A stretch of DNA of 64,000 bases from Raillietiella orientalis (lineage: Eukaryota). The notes below the pieces were generated by a model that searched no databases, was not told where the DNA came from, and saw only the letters and a list, made by a program, of their open reading frames with translations. Of this stretch, positions 23,244-36,451 are shown in pieces (the first letter of the stretch is position 1; every line of letters starts with the position of its first letter). The stretch covers positions 1,612,001-1,676,000 of the forward strand of contig JAYWIR010000020.1 in assembly GCA_036172245.1 (NCBI GenBank), given 5' to 3'. Both the position numbers and the translations under genes were made by a program.

Positions 23244-26200
23244 CTGTAACCAAATGGCATGGCATCAGTTTGAGTCTCGAAACTCGACACGTGCATTCCG
23301 ATCTTTCCCATCCAGTCATCTGACTTTTTTTTAATGTTTTTTTAAATCGTCGTCGACGTGTGCGCGCCTTGTTCGTGATGACGGGATGAGACGGGAAGGT
23401 TTTCTCGGTCTGCCCGTTTCCGGGAGGTGCGTTTTCCTTTCTCTCGGGGAGCCTCGGAAGCACTCGCGGGCCGCCGCCGTTCTGGGAAAGATCTCTCCCG
23501 GAGCGAGCCGGGAAAAGGGTGCGGCCGCGAGGGGGAGGAGGAGGAGGAGGAAAGCGCGCATCCTGGTTGGACTCGCAGGCGCACCTACGCGAGCACTGTT
23601 CACCAGCGGCCGCGGGAATAACCTCAGGAACCAGAAGAAAAACCGGAGCCTACGTGCGAGGCTGCACACGTGGAGTGTCGGTGCGGAGTCCCTCTTTCCC
23701 CTCATCCAGAAAAAAAAAAGGAAAATCCCTTCTGCCCATACCAGGTGGGCGGTTGAGAAATTCAATTCTCGCACCCCAGACGGCGCGCGGTTCGCGCCCG
23801 CTCCGAAACCAAGCAACCGCCACGACTCCAATCGCTTCCCGTAGTGCCCGCCCGGCCTCCCCCCAACAAGGACTGCGCTTGCTCCCGGAACTGGGAAAGG
23901 AGGAGCGCCACGAAACGGTCCACTCCCACGCGGCCACGGCGAGGGTCCACTTCATGCTGCGTGTCGTTAGCGACGCGTCGGAAGAGGGGGAGACGGGAAG
24001 CAGGACGAGGCCGACGACTGGTTCCGTCTGCACGTCGCCTCTCGATCGTCTCATGACCTCTGGGGTCTCAGGACACGAGGCGAAGCGTCGAGAGGATTGG
24101 GAATTCCCGGGAAGCGTGCGAGGCGCTCATCGGGAAGCAAACGATGTGCTCGAATGCACGGCAATCTCGGAACGCGGGCAAAGCGAAGATCAGGTCGTTA
24201 CTCTCGACGCCAACTGTCCCTTCAAGAAGCGCTTTGGAAGACGTCTGGAGAAAGGAGGTCGTCCCGGCGTCCATCCGTGGAGTGGGATCTTTTGGCACAT
24301 GGGGACAGCGTCAAAAAGCGGAAGGAACTGGAGATCCCTCCGAGGCGGGTTGACCACCCAGGAAGAGAAACGGCCCCTAGCAACATCCAGAGTTTCGAAC
24401 TGACCCGTTGGGTGGTCCACATTGCAAGATGGCAGCGAAGATTGCGGGATACGTTGCCCTCAGCCATTTTGCGAGATCCCCTTCTTCCTCTCCCCCCCCC
24501 CGGAGGGCTTTGCAGCGCGTTTCGCGCCTGTCCATTGTGACCTCGCTCCTTCGCAGGGGTGCACTAGAAGCGACGGGAGTCTTCGCGGGAGCGCCTCCAC
24601 CTCTTGCGCGCACTTTCGCCCTACGCAACTTCCCACAAAGAATTCCTCTCCCGAGCAATCGCTCAGAGCTTCTCGTTCCCGGAGGAGGGAGGTTGCGTAG
24701 CAACGGCCTGCGTGCGATGGATCTCACCGGCGTCCGCGCCGTATGCTGCCGGGCTGCAAGCGAACTGCTCCCGGCACTCTCGCAGCAGCCTGACTTTCCG
24801 CCTGCCGGCGTAGGCCACGCGCCTCCAGGCGTGTCAGTGGAGGAAGATGGTGCCGGGATTCGGGTCGGGGGTGAGAGCTCCTCCCATTCAAAGGAGTCAA
24901 ACAAGGCCGTCGAACGATCTTCGAAGAGATAGGTAGAAAGAAAGCGAACCGGAACTCTTGTCGCGTGTCATCAGTGGATGGGAAACATCTGCCTCTCCCG
25001 ATCGGTCTGGTTTCCTCAGTGCTCAGCATTCCCTCCGGAAAGGTTAGCTAACGAAACGAGCAAAGCCGCAGCCGAGACCGGGATGCACGGGCGGGCCCCA
25101 AAGGTTGGTCTCGCTGGCGCTTTCCTGGTGGAGGCACCTGGAGAACGCCGACGAAGCCGCCGCTTCGTTTGTCCAACGGAACGCCGCCAGATGTCTCGTC
25201 GCGCATGCGAGCCGCGCGCGAGCCGACGGACGGACGCTTGTTGCTTGGTCGTTACGAGGGGTTCCCATTGCCACGCAGCCTCCGGACCGCCGAGAGCGTT
25301 CCGCCGGGGCGTGCGCGTCCCGGCGAGACGGTCGCTCCTGACTGCCAGCTGCTTTCCTGCCGTGGATCCCGGCTTTCCTCGTGCCGACCTTTCGGGCTAA
25401 TTGCGGACAGCGGCTTCCTTTCCTCCCCGCAACCTCCGATAAAGAGAATCTTCTCGCTCTTTTCCATGGTGCGGAGACGGAAGCGATCTGCCGAACCTCA
25501 AGGATTCAGAGGAAATCGATCGTCTTTGGGAAGGGGAGAGATGACCTTGCGATCGTCTGGGAGGAGAAAAACTGCGCTAGCGCAGGCCGAGCCGAAAGGG
25601 GGCGGGCGGGTACGGGTTTCTCAGGAGGAGAATATTGGGAGACGTGAAGGAAGGGGGGTTTGCGCGCCTCCTCGATCCCTCCCCTTTCATTCCTTCCATT
25701 AATGCGAGTCCCTCCTAGTCTTTCCCCGCTCCTGGCAGCACGCGCGGCAGCTCCCGTTCCTCCTTCCGAACGGGAGGCGTCCGGCAGCGCTTCCCTTTCC
25801 CGGACCACGGATGGCTCGGAACTGCTTGGTTGTGCCAGTCACGAACGAGGGAGCAGGAGGAGTCGGCGTTAGGGATAGCGGCTGGATTGGGCCGACCGGG
25901 ACGTCCCCTCACCCGAGCAGGCAGTTGCGCACAGCGCCTCCGCCTCTGCCTTGCCTGGGTTTTCGGTAGCAGCAAGATGCTCGTCTTTCGCTCGGGAAGA
26001 AGGGGGGAAAAGGGAAGGATGGCGACCACGGCGGCGCGACCGGGACGCGCGCGCACGTGCCGTGGAACGCGAAGCTCCGAAGACGGCGACATTCCCGGTG
26101 TTGCACAGCTTCCGGAGACAAGCAGACAGGAGGAACGCACAGACCCGCGAGGGGAAACCTGGAGCGAAAAACGGGAAACCGACCCTGGCTTCCTCTCCTT

Positions 26201-29200
26201 CCCCACTTCGGTTCGGCAGAGACGTCTCCCGCCCGTTGCTCCGGGAAGCTGCGATCTCCTCTTCCAAGAGCCACCTGGAGAAGCAGAGCGCGGCGTGGAG
26301 CGCACATTCGTTGCGACTTGGCACTGCCGGCTCCCCTACCGGGGTCGTCGAAGCGGCGGCGCTCGCGCCATTTCAAACAAGAGGACCGCGGTTTCGGGCC
26401 GATGGAGTGGAGGGGGGGCGGGGAGAGGATCACTGCGTGAGCACCCGACGGGAAGAAACGGTCAAGCCCGAAATCCCCACCAGTAGGGCAGCTGCTTCCC
26501 CGGCAGCCTTGCTGGCGCCGTGGGGAGACAACGCACGCGCCGTAAACCTCACCTCCCCCTCGCTCGCCGCTCCAGAACCGCTCGTGTTCACGGGATCGGC
26601 GCGCTCGAAGATTTGCAAGGATCCCTAGAATACTGGAGAGAGAGGAGACGAATGCAGGGCGGCTGCAGGGGCCTCCCGGCGTCGTCGAAGTCTCTTCGCG
26701 GCCAGCGGTCAGGTGAAGGTGCGCCCCCGGCACGAGCGCCCTCGCGTCCGAAGAGGGGGAGAGACTGGGAGCGAACGAAATGACCGGCCTGGAGAACTCT
26801 GTGCCGGAAGGATGGGGGGTCTTCCTCGTCCTTCCGGAAACCAAGGAAACGGTGGAGCATCTGCTGGGGGTTTCGCGACCAGCAAAGAGAGATCAAGGGG
26901 AGCAGGAGAGCTTTTAGTCCTGCAGCAATGAGCTTTGGAAGTTTCCTGCGCTACCGCCGGCGGCAAGAAGGCAGCTGGAATCAGTGGCAGCTCCCTCAGA
27001 GGGCTGGGGGTCCGCCGCGCTCCGGAAAGGACTTTACGCGGGGGAGAAGGTGGGCAGTGACCGGATGTCTCAAGAGGGAGCAGGAGGCAGGAGAGCGGGG
27101 AGGAAGGGAGCGCACCTCGAGCGGCTGCGTTCCTTCGGGAGCTGCGCCGAAGGAGCGAAACCCCCCCTGCCCCGCGTGAAGTGAGCGGGGGGAAGGGGGG
27201 AGCTGCTGCAGCCAGACATGTGGGAGTCCACCACCTGTTGCGCGCACGGAGCGGCGTGACACCGCGGGCGGGCGGGCGGTCACGAGGGCACGCCATCCCT
27301 CTCCCCTTCCTCTCACTCCTCCTCCTCCCTTGCGAAATGCCTGCAGCCAGAGCGATGTCTGAACGAATGACTACGAGAATGTCTGCGTCGGGGGGGAATG
27401 GGTCTCCCTCCGCTCTGGAGCAAGGAGAGCGTTCATCTCGTGAAGGAACGTGCGCACAGTGTGCCCATCAACCCGCCGCAAAAAGGCAGGAAAAAAAAAA
27501 TAAAATAGAAAAAAGGCGGAACACCATCGCGGCTTCCAGGGCTGGATCGTTTCCGTTTTGCAGCCGACGAGCCATCCCGTTATCGATTAATGACGAACAG
27601 GCACGGCATGTCGCAATCCCAGACGAGCTCAGAGGGAACGCGTCCCGATATTCATGTCTTCTCCCCCCCCCCTCCTCCTTGTGTCCCCACTTCAAGAGTG
27701 ACGAGGGAGGCGCTCTCGTAAAGCGGCTGAGAGACGTCACGGTAAATGTGGCTGCTATTGGATGCCTCGGTAGCAACAGCAGCAACCCAGGCAGGCGCGA
27801 GCGCTGCTGCTGTAGCACTCGCGACAGAACGGTCAACACCGAGGTCTTGAAAGACAAAGGCAAACACCCCTTTCGCCTCTTTCCCTCTTCCCGAAGAAAC
27901 GAAAGGAAAAAAAAAAGGCAACGTGCAGGGGTTGGAGTCGGTCGAACGCCCTCCCCGATGGGTGCTGACGCCACCACGCGCCGGAAATGCCCAGGTCGAA
28001 AAATGGGCAACCGGTGGTTGGCTTTGCTGAGCTTCACTCCCTGAGCGTCTTGGGCTTGCCTCGACCTCGAGTGCCTCATCGCAATCACTGGCGCTGCTGC
28101 AGTGCCATTTGGATGGGACATGGCGCTCGGAGGAAGAGCGGGAAGGCCCGCTGCACGTTCAGAGGGATGCATCGGGTTAATGTTTTTTCCCGTTGAGCCA
28201 ACAACGGCGCTCGAGCTTTCGGCATCCCCCGAACATCGATCTGTGTCCACGCGGCGTACCGAACGCTCGTTTCCCTGGCAACCTATTGCAGGGGGCATGC
28301 CGCAGTGGGAAGCCTCAGTCAGCAGATGAGCGGCCGTTGCGGGCGACGACGTTTTCCAAGGCGCGGCTTATATACACGGTCGTTCCTTCGTTCCTTCCCG
28401 TGCGCCTGAAGGTGAAGGGCTCTCAGGGCACCGCCATCGAGAAGTTTTTTTTTTCTTTTCTTTTTCCCCTCTTTCAGCGGTGGCCTTAACGACTGTATGG
28501 GCAGAATCGAAGGCACACACGCGGAAGCCGTAGCCCGGGAAACCTCACAAGCGGAGCGCTCAGGAATCCTCGGAGAAAATTTTTTCCTCGATCCTTGTGA
28601 GCAAAGAGCGAGTCATGAGATCTGGTAGCTCGGAGGCAGGGGTTCAGGTCTTAAGATAGTGCCGGATGGAGCTGCGCCCTTTCCCTCGTGCGATTCTTTC
28701 CATGATCGAGGCGAGGAAGCAGCTCTGGCTTCCACCTACGATGGTCCTGCGCAATTCATCTCATCTTGCACGCGGAGGAGCACTTCAGCTGGGGTAAGCA
28801 GAGAAAGGCTTTGTCGCCGAAAGCCCGAGATAGCGCGCGCGCGATGGCCCTCGAGGTTTCAACGTGGCCAATCAGATTACCATCTTTCTTTTCCTTTCCT
28901 TGCCCGTGCGTCACTCTTTGCAAATCGATGAGAGGATGCGCCCCACTGCCCGCCTCGTACCAAAAGGACCAAGAAGCCTCACCCATGTGAGGAGGAGGCG
29001 CGTCCCCACTCTTGCGATCGCTCGACGGCCGGCTGGAGCCGCTTGTCCTGGAGGAAACTTCGAGGAACATCCGCAGCATCGCACGGAACGCGAAGTCGCC
29101 AGGGCTCATAAGGAAGCCGGCGTCCCCCACTCCATAAATTCTGCCAACAGCGGGTGCGGAATGGCATTCTCGCGTCGTCCGGGGCAACGCGTCCCGGAGA

Positions 29201-32200
29201 TCTGGCACCCTGGACTTGCTGCTGGAGGGAAGCTTCGCTCCGGGACTCCCCTCACTGCGTTGAAGGAGGAGTGGACTCTTCGGCATCACGCCGTTTGCGC
29301 CCTCCAGCACCGACGTCTCGCGTTGTGGACAAACGTTGACGCACCCGCTCCATGGCGCTTCGAAGCCGAGCCCGGATAAATAAAGCCATGTCCCTCCCCC
29401 TTTCCCACCTGTGTTCCCATAATAGGCGCTCGCAGACCGCGTGTTCCGTTCCCCATGCCGTCGAATATTTATGGTGCGCGTGTGCACACATATGGCGCAA
29501 GGGAACGCCTTCGCGGTGCGCCAGGGAGGGAAGGAGAAGAGCGAAACTCCGTGTACACCGTTCCCTGCCGGATACAGCAGGAGGGCCCTTCCGCCGCCGC
29601 TACACCGTGGCGATGTGCCGAGATGTGGAGAGCGGCGGAGTGGGTTTTTGCGTTGCGCCGCGACCCCAAGGACCTGCTCTGGGGACGCGCGCGTTCCTTA
29701 GACCTCAGTGGTCCTCCCCGCACACCCGCTGGTCCGCCCGCCGAGCCACGACGAGGACTCGGTGCTTTCTTTGTCGCCGTCGCGCCGCGGGCACTCGGGA
29801 TGCCCGCGAACGTTTTGCCGGGACTTCTCGGCAGATTTCGAGAGTAGGCGAAGAGGCTTGGAACTGGTCCAGCTGCCCTCCGGGTCTGGTCATCCGTCTG
29901 TTTCTTCCTTCTTTTTTCTCTTCCTCGTCCTCCTCTTACTCGTCTGTGTGGCTTCTCCTTTGCCGAACGCTGCGCTCGCGGCGAAGGACACCGCCCGCAC
30001 TCTGCGACGGGTCCCGATGACGCGAGCACTTGGTACCACTGCAACCTCTGGGCGTCGGGCCGTACCTTCCCCCTCCGTTTCAGGAGGTGACACGACTCGA
30101 CGGCGCCACATCATCCTCGGGCAGCTTCGCTGCGCGGTCCGAAGTTTCCAGCCGTCGCCTCAGCTTCCGGGCAATGACACAGGAAGTTCCGTGAATCGCG
30201 AAAGCTCCTACGCGTCTGACTCCCGGGAACCTGTGGGAGGCGCCCGAGCGGCAGCCTCTGCACGGAAGCCCAGCTCTGTCCGCTGCGTTTCACGCCTTCC
30301 GGCTCCCACCGGCAAGGGGCTCGGCCGCTACCACGTGTGCTCGCGCGGCACTCAAGCACGCGCACCAGCGGCTCTTCTCCGTCTTGGACGTCCGATGCCC
30401 CATCCATTCCTCCCCTTCGACAGAGCCGCCCTGCAGGACGGAGATGACACAGGAGGTCCCGGTCCCTCTCTGAAGCTGACCAATCGGTCCTTACAGGTCA
30501 ATTCGACCTCGGGAGCGTTCTGTTGCAAGGCAGGACGAGCCCCGGGAGTTCCCCGCCACCTCTGGGAGCACTTTTCGCCCTCGAGACGCAACACCAGCTT
30601 CCCTGAGCACACTCTCTTTCACGGACAGAGTCGCTGGCTTCGCCCTCTCCGATTTGCCCTTACCCTTTCGCTCGTTTCACGGCAACCATGTGTCTTCCTC
30701 CCGGAATCCGGGAAGAGGCTGTTCTCCGTCCTTCGTTTGGTTTTTCCCGTGCTCCTGTCTCCCACTCCCGGACTGACCTAGAGGGAAGCGCGGTTCCCCT
30801 GCACTCCTACTGGCCACCTAGCGCGAGGGTGGGCCTCCGGATTCTACTCCCAGGCGAGGCGATAGCTCCACTTTCCAGGCAGCTGTCATCCTAAGTCCCC
30901 GGAGGACGACAGGCCTCCCTTCTCCCCCTCCCGCGGCGTTCCCTTTTCCCTTCCCCCTTGCAGTCCCGGTGGGGGGAGGGGGAGGAAAGAGGACAAGAAC
31001 TTGGCGGAAGCAGCCTCTGCACGCGGCAGCAGAACCATCTAGTCCCGTCGTCCATCTGGTCCCGTCGGCGGGACGGGAAGCAGCCGCCAACTTGCCTCCT
31101 CCCCCGAGAATACATCTCCTCTCCCTACGCACCGGCTCCTCAAAGCTACGGGGCAAAGAAGCTGGGGTGCGCGGTCCCGTAAAGTGCTTCCTTCTCCATC
31201 GAAATAGAACCCGGGTGCGAGGGGCGGCGTCCCGGCTATTTGCCCCTGACGGGGCACGTCGCCCGCCTCCTTGCTGAGCTCTTCCGCTCATACATCAGGG
31301 GGAATCTTCCTCGAACCGACTGACCCTGTCGCTCCATTCCGCTCGCCAACAACGATCCACCAACGTTCCCAACAGCTGGCGTCTGAGAAATCCCTAGGGT
31401 ATTCATGGGACACCGAGAAGGAACACTTTCGGATGTCAAGCGATGGGGTGATGAGCAGTCGTGGACCGCACTGAATCCATCTGGGCACCCGTGCTATAGC
31501 AAAAAATGTGGCCTGAGGTGGAGGCGGATACCACCATCTCCGCGCACGCCCCCCCTCGGTTCCTTCGCCTCTTTCCGGGCTTTTCCGGTTCGACGAGAGA
31601 TGGCGCAGGGATAGGATCGCGAGGCGGCAGAGGAGGCGGAAGCTTTTCCTAGGGGTCGAGGTCGCGCAAGCGTGTCGCCCTGTGCTCCCTAAAAGCCTGG
31701 ATACTGGACGCCTCCCCTCTCCCTGCCACGCCTCCTTTCAATCTCCCCTTCCCGTCACCCTCTTTCGCGGAAGCGACCGCCTCCGCAAGAGACGGCTGTT
31801 TGGAGCTGGGTCGCTCCTCTCACGCACGGGGTAAAGGGCGACCTCCTCGCGCAATCTGACGGACGCAGAACCGGCGAAGGAACCAAGGAATACCCACTGC
31901 TCTCGAAGGCAGAGGGGAGAGATCCTCGAGGACAGAAAATCAGCACCAGACGACACTGAGGAGCTGAGAAGAGGGGGAAGAAGTGCCCTAGGCCGAAATC
32001 GCCCCTCGGCAACGCGAGTACGGGGGGGCACCTTTCTGCATCCCTCACCTTCCCTTCGTTTAGAGAGCGCCTTTCCTTCACGAAACTTCGTTTCCCCGGG
32101 CGCGTAGACGACGGCAGCGGCACCCGGCCTTCGCGGAGGGAAGGATCACAGGTCACCGCCTCCTCCCGGCGCCAGGGGTGCTGCGGGTGCCCCGCGGAAA

Positions 32201-35200
32201 CGTTTTGCGGTCACACTCAACGAGGGGAGGCGAAGGGGCACCACTTTTCCAGTGGGCAGAGAAGGGAACGGCTCTCCGGGAAGCCAGAGGAGAGGGGGCG
32301 AGGAGGACACAAGCACCCTTTGGGTGAATGAGAAAACGCCCTCAGATGGGAGGCGAGGGGAGGACCGTGTCTCTAGAGCAGCAGCTTGCGGAGAGGCGAC
32401 TCACGAAGAAGAGTTCTCCGTCAGAGGGGAGGGAATCCCCCGGGAGGGAAAAGCGTACGCCCCCCTCCCCTTTCCTCCCCTGATGTCCTGCAAGCATTCC
32501 CCATTTCTCCTGATCACCAACTTTCTTTTTCAGATTCCCAGGCAGAAGTGGACGTTTCGGGGTCAGATGAGGTCAAATACCAGCGGTTCCCCCCCTTGAT
32601 GCCACTTCTGCGGCGATCTCCGTTTCTCCCCACCTCTTCCGCTTGCTGTACCGACAAGGGCGACCCGCCCTTCCGTGCGAGTGAGAATTCCCTCTTCGCG
32701 AGCGGCAGTGCCGTCCCAGGAGACTCCTGGACGTGAGTGAGGCGACTTCCCGGCGGCTGCTGCCTCCCTGTGGACGAATGGTGAACCCATCGGAGAAGCT
32801 AGGGAAGGGGTAGGATACATGCCCTCTCGGCCGCGAGGGAGCGCCGGGTCAGCCGGCTCAGCGGTTCGGTCCACAAGTCGTAAAAGAAGACTCTCGAACC
32901 TTTTCGACCGACACCTCTGTCCCATTCCCGACTGAGGGTGCGCGACCCGGTTTGACATCTTCAAGTAGGCCGAAAGATTGGGAGGCTCTCGCTATTTCCG
33001 GTTGGCGCGACTTCCTCAGTGCCGGCCCTATATGCGAGGCTTCCGGCGCATGCGCTCTCGGCGGATGGGGAGAACAAAAACGCCTCCCGGCAGCTCTACG
33101 TAGCTCCCGTCTGCCGTTTCCCACAGCAGGAAGACTGTCTCGATTCACGGCATCATTGAAAGCCGTCCTCGCTTCGCAGGGAAGGCCTCCGTTCACTATC
33201 TATCGTCGCTGAGAAAAAAGGGACAGGCAAAGGACTTTGCCCCCAATGCAAGTGCGTGCCGCGGTCGAGCTGCGACCTCCAGCAACCCGAGTGAGTCACT
33301 CGCTGAGGTCCTATCGGATGTGACGAAGCGATTTCGAAACTTCAAGGAGGCTACCCTCCAGATACCATCTGAACCGTTTCGCCGATGCAGCCTCCCTCCG
33401 CAACCCGGGCATCAAAGGCTTTCTGCCTGCTGCGCATGTCCGCATCCCCCTCACGCGTGTCGTCACACGTGAGGAACGCATCGCCTGTTTTCGCTCCAGT
33501 CCGATTCTCCTTGTGCTCTTCGTGGCGCCTCGTTTCCATTACTACTCTGAGCGTGGGTCTGCGGGTCGGCAGCAGTCACGCGATCAAGCGGTCACCCGCC
33601 CGTAGCGACTGCTGCCTCTGGGGACCGGTAAAACCTCTGCTGAAAGGGGTGCTGGGCACGGAGGACTCGTGAACGTGTGCACTGCAGAACGGTGCGAGAA
33701 AGTCAGGGAGGTACCTTCGAGGAACTCTTCTGGAGGCCATCGAAGGGAGCAGGGCTCGGCGGAGCGGCTCTCCCCTAGCGGCAGCGTACGGAAGGAGTGG
33801 ATTGCTCCTTCCGGACCTGCGGATTCCAGAGCCGTGGAAACTCTTCACGTCGGAAGGCGAAGGGGAGAAGGTAAGCAGAGAGGACGAAGGTGTAGGAAGG
33901 TGGAAGGACGCTTTTCGGGTGGACGTACTGGAAGAAGCACATATGCGAGAAGAAAAAAAAAAGTTCCGCATGGATGCCACTGTCCTCGCCGAACTCCGCC
34001 GCAGTACGGAGTCACGACCACGCGGAACAACGAGAGCTCTGCCCAGCCGCCTCCAAGGGGCTTGCCGGCGGTGCGAACGAGGACTCGAAGAGCCCAGGGA
34101 TTGCTGAACGGGAGGTTGCGCCGCGGAGCTCTCAAGAAGAAATCTGTCGCACGAATTTGGAGACCAACGCTTGCAGCATCTCCAACGCACCCTTCTCTGG
34201 AATTTTCGTCGCGACCAGAATAGGAATAGGAGGTAAATGACAGTCCCTACAGTGCAACATAGGGTCACCCTTCTCGATAAGGTTGCGAAACCCTCACTGC
34301 TCCATTTCTGATGAGACACTATGGAGCTTTTGTGGTTACAAGAGACGAACTCGTGTCCTTGGTTACGCCCCCACCTCGCCATCTACTATCTGCCCTTTGA
34401 TTGACTAGTAATTGGATCTCCCGAGTGCTTGGGGAAAATCCTTCATTATGCGGTTGACACTTTATGACGGACAAACGAGGTAGATCGGAAAAATGGTCCA
34501 CTGATGAGGGACGCCGCGGAAGCGTTTACGAAGGGGTTGCGTCCAGAAGGATGGCAGGGGTGGGGACTCATTTTGAGTCCTTCCTCATGTGAGCATGTGA
34601 GGACGCTGATCGCCGCAGGCAGTGAAGTGCAAGTCGTTCCTCCGAGTGCGTGCCAGACGCGATCGATCTCGGAAGACTGCAAGGCAGGGATCACCAGATG
34701 CCGCCCTGCATGCTCTCCCGCTCTTGCGCTGCTCCGCTGCTGTTCAAGTTCGATGAAGGCCCCCGTTCATGCTGAGGTCACGTCTAGGGAACCTCAGCGT
34801 CGAGAGATTGGGAGGCTGAGAGGGGAGATTTCCGCGCTGCCGCTTCCATTCAAAGGTGGTTTGCCACAAGGCTTGAGATTTTGTCGTCGCCGTCACCTCT
34901 CCCCCACCCAGAACCGAGAGTTTGAGAGGATTCTGTTGTCTTGTTGCTTGGAAGTGGTCCGAAAAGGCATCCGTTCGGTCCCTCGCTCAAAAGGAGCTAC
35001 TGGCGACCGGGACGTGTGGCAGCGTGGCGCTGCTTCCACCTTCCCGGGAAGATGAAAGCGATGCTTTCTGGGGAAGAGAGCGGGAGAGGAAGACGAGAAG
35101 AGCGGGCGCTTCGGTCTGGGAGCGAGCAGGGAAGCAAACAGGATTCGTTCAGGAAGATGAAGCGTTCCTCGAGAAACTCCAGCTGGAAACAAAGCGCAGA

Positions 35201-36410
35201 AGAGGAAGTCTTGAGTTCTCCGAGATGTGGCGGAAGGGTTGCACCACTCCAACGGTGCAAGGGCTCAGCTGAACTTGGAAAAGCGATAAGTTTGAAGAAA
35301 AAAAAAAAAAAAAAAAAAATGGCGTGGTTCGCGAGCTGCGTTTCATCCTGCAGGTGTTCTTCAAGGTCGTCCAGAATCCCTTCATCGGAAGGACGTTGAT
35401 CGGGATGCGAGCGTTGAGAAATTCGGCTCGGATGTGAAGAAGAAGACGGTGGCTCGAGATTCGTGAGGAACCCAAGCAGCACCGGTCGACCAAGGGTGTG
35501 GCCCTGTTCAGCATCTTCAAGAGGGCCGAAAGGATTTGGTGGCACTCGTCGAAGGCAGAGAGTTTTGCCCACCCTTCTTCTTCGCTGAAGATCCCTCTCG
35601 CGAAGGTTCCGCAGCCGTAGGGGAAGGAACCGCTGGTACCTCCCGAGCACCACCACCATCCGCGCCGGATGCGTAAAGGAAATCGGCGTGGTCTCGGTGC
35701 AAATCCGAATCCCCTGTAGCTGGCAGGGCGGCACGCGCCTGCACTCTTCCCTCAGCCTCTGCAGCAAGCCCTCTCGGTCGACCTCGTCGCGCCCGACCAC
35801 TGCGCGCAGCTGAGTCCCCCGAAGCGAGGTCTCGAGAGCCTCGCGCAAGCTCCCGTTTCTCTTGGATCCACGGCAGCGTCCCCTCAGGAACCGAGAGGGA
35901 GGAGGCGACTTGGGGAAGGGGGAGGCGCAGCAGGGAGACCCGGCTGCCGTTTCTCTCTCGTGCGCTTCCCTGCCTCCCCCCCCCTCCTTCCCCTCCGTCT
36001 TCTCGAATTTCCAGATCAGCTCCACGTTTGTCTTCCTCCGGTTCCGCGCGCGCGGTCTTCACTCGATCTCAGCAGCAGCAGCTTCTGGCGTCTCGCTCCC
36101 CCATCACGCATGCGGGCGAACTGTTCTCGCTGCAACGACTGCTCGACGCCTTTCCGTTGCGGACCCCTCCGGTTGTCACCGGATCTAAAAATACCGAGGT
36201 TCCATTTTTCCCCTTCCATAATCCACACGGCTCGCCTTCCTGCCTGCCTTGCGACCTCTCTCTCCGTCTTCCCCCTTTCCTTTTCTTGTGCTTGCCGCCG
36301 TATCTGCTGCTGCTGACCACGGATTCGCAGCTTCAGCAGACGGGTACGGTCGATCTCCCTAGGGCGTCCGCGATCGACGTCCACCGTGCAGCAAGAAGTG
36401 AGCACTCCAG

Positions 36411-36451
36411 GAGGGAAGGAGGGGGGGAGGGGGGAGAGAGAGAGAGAGAGA
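36411..36451. repeat. Polypurine G-run plus (GA)n microsatellite
   Basis: gagggaaggagggggggaggggggagagagagagagagaga. Confidence 0.9.

Noticed and set aside
24728..24918. Possible exon with a pyrimidine tract/AAG acceptor and CCG|gtgaga donor (…FDSFEWEELSPP…TARTP)
   Set aside because: Weak acceptor, needs an unidentified phase-1 upstream partner, and has no homology support.
23300..34900. Long ORFs of 200-357 aa in the GC-rich region upstream of the core exons
   Set aside because: No motifs; they occur equally in all six frames and are explained by stop-codon scarcity at high GC.
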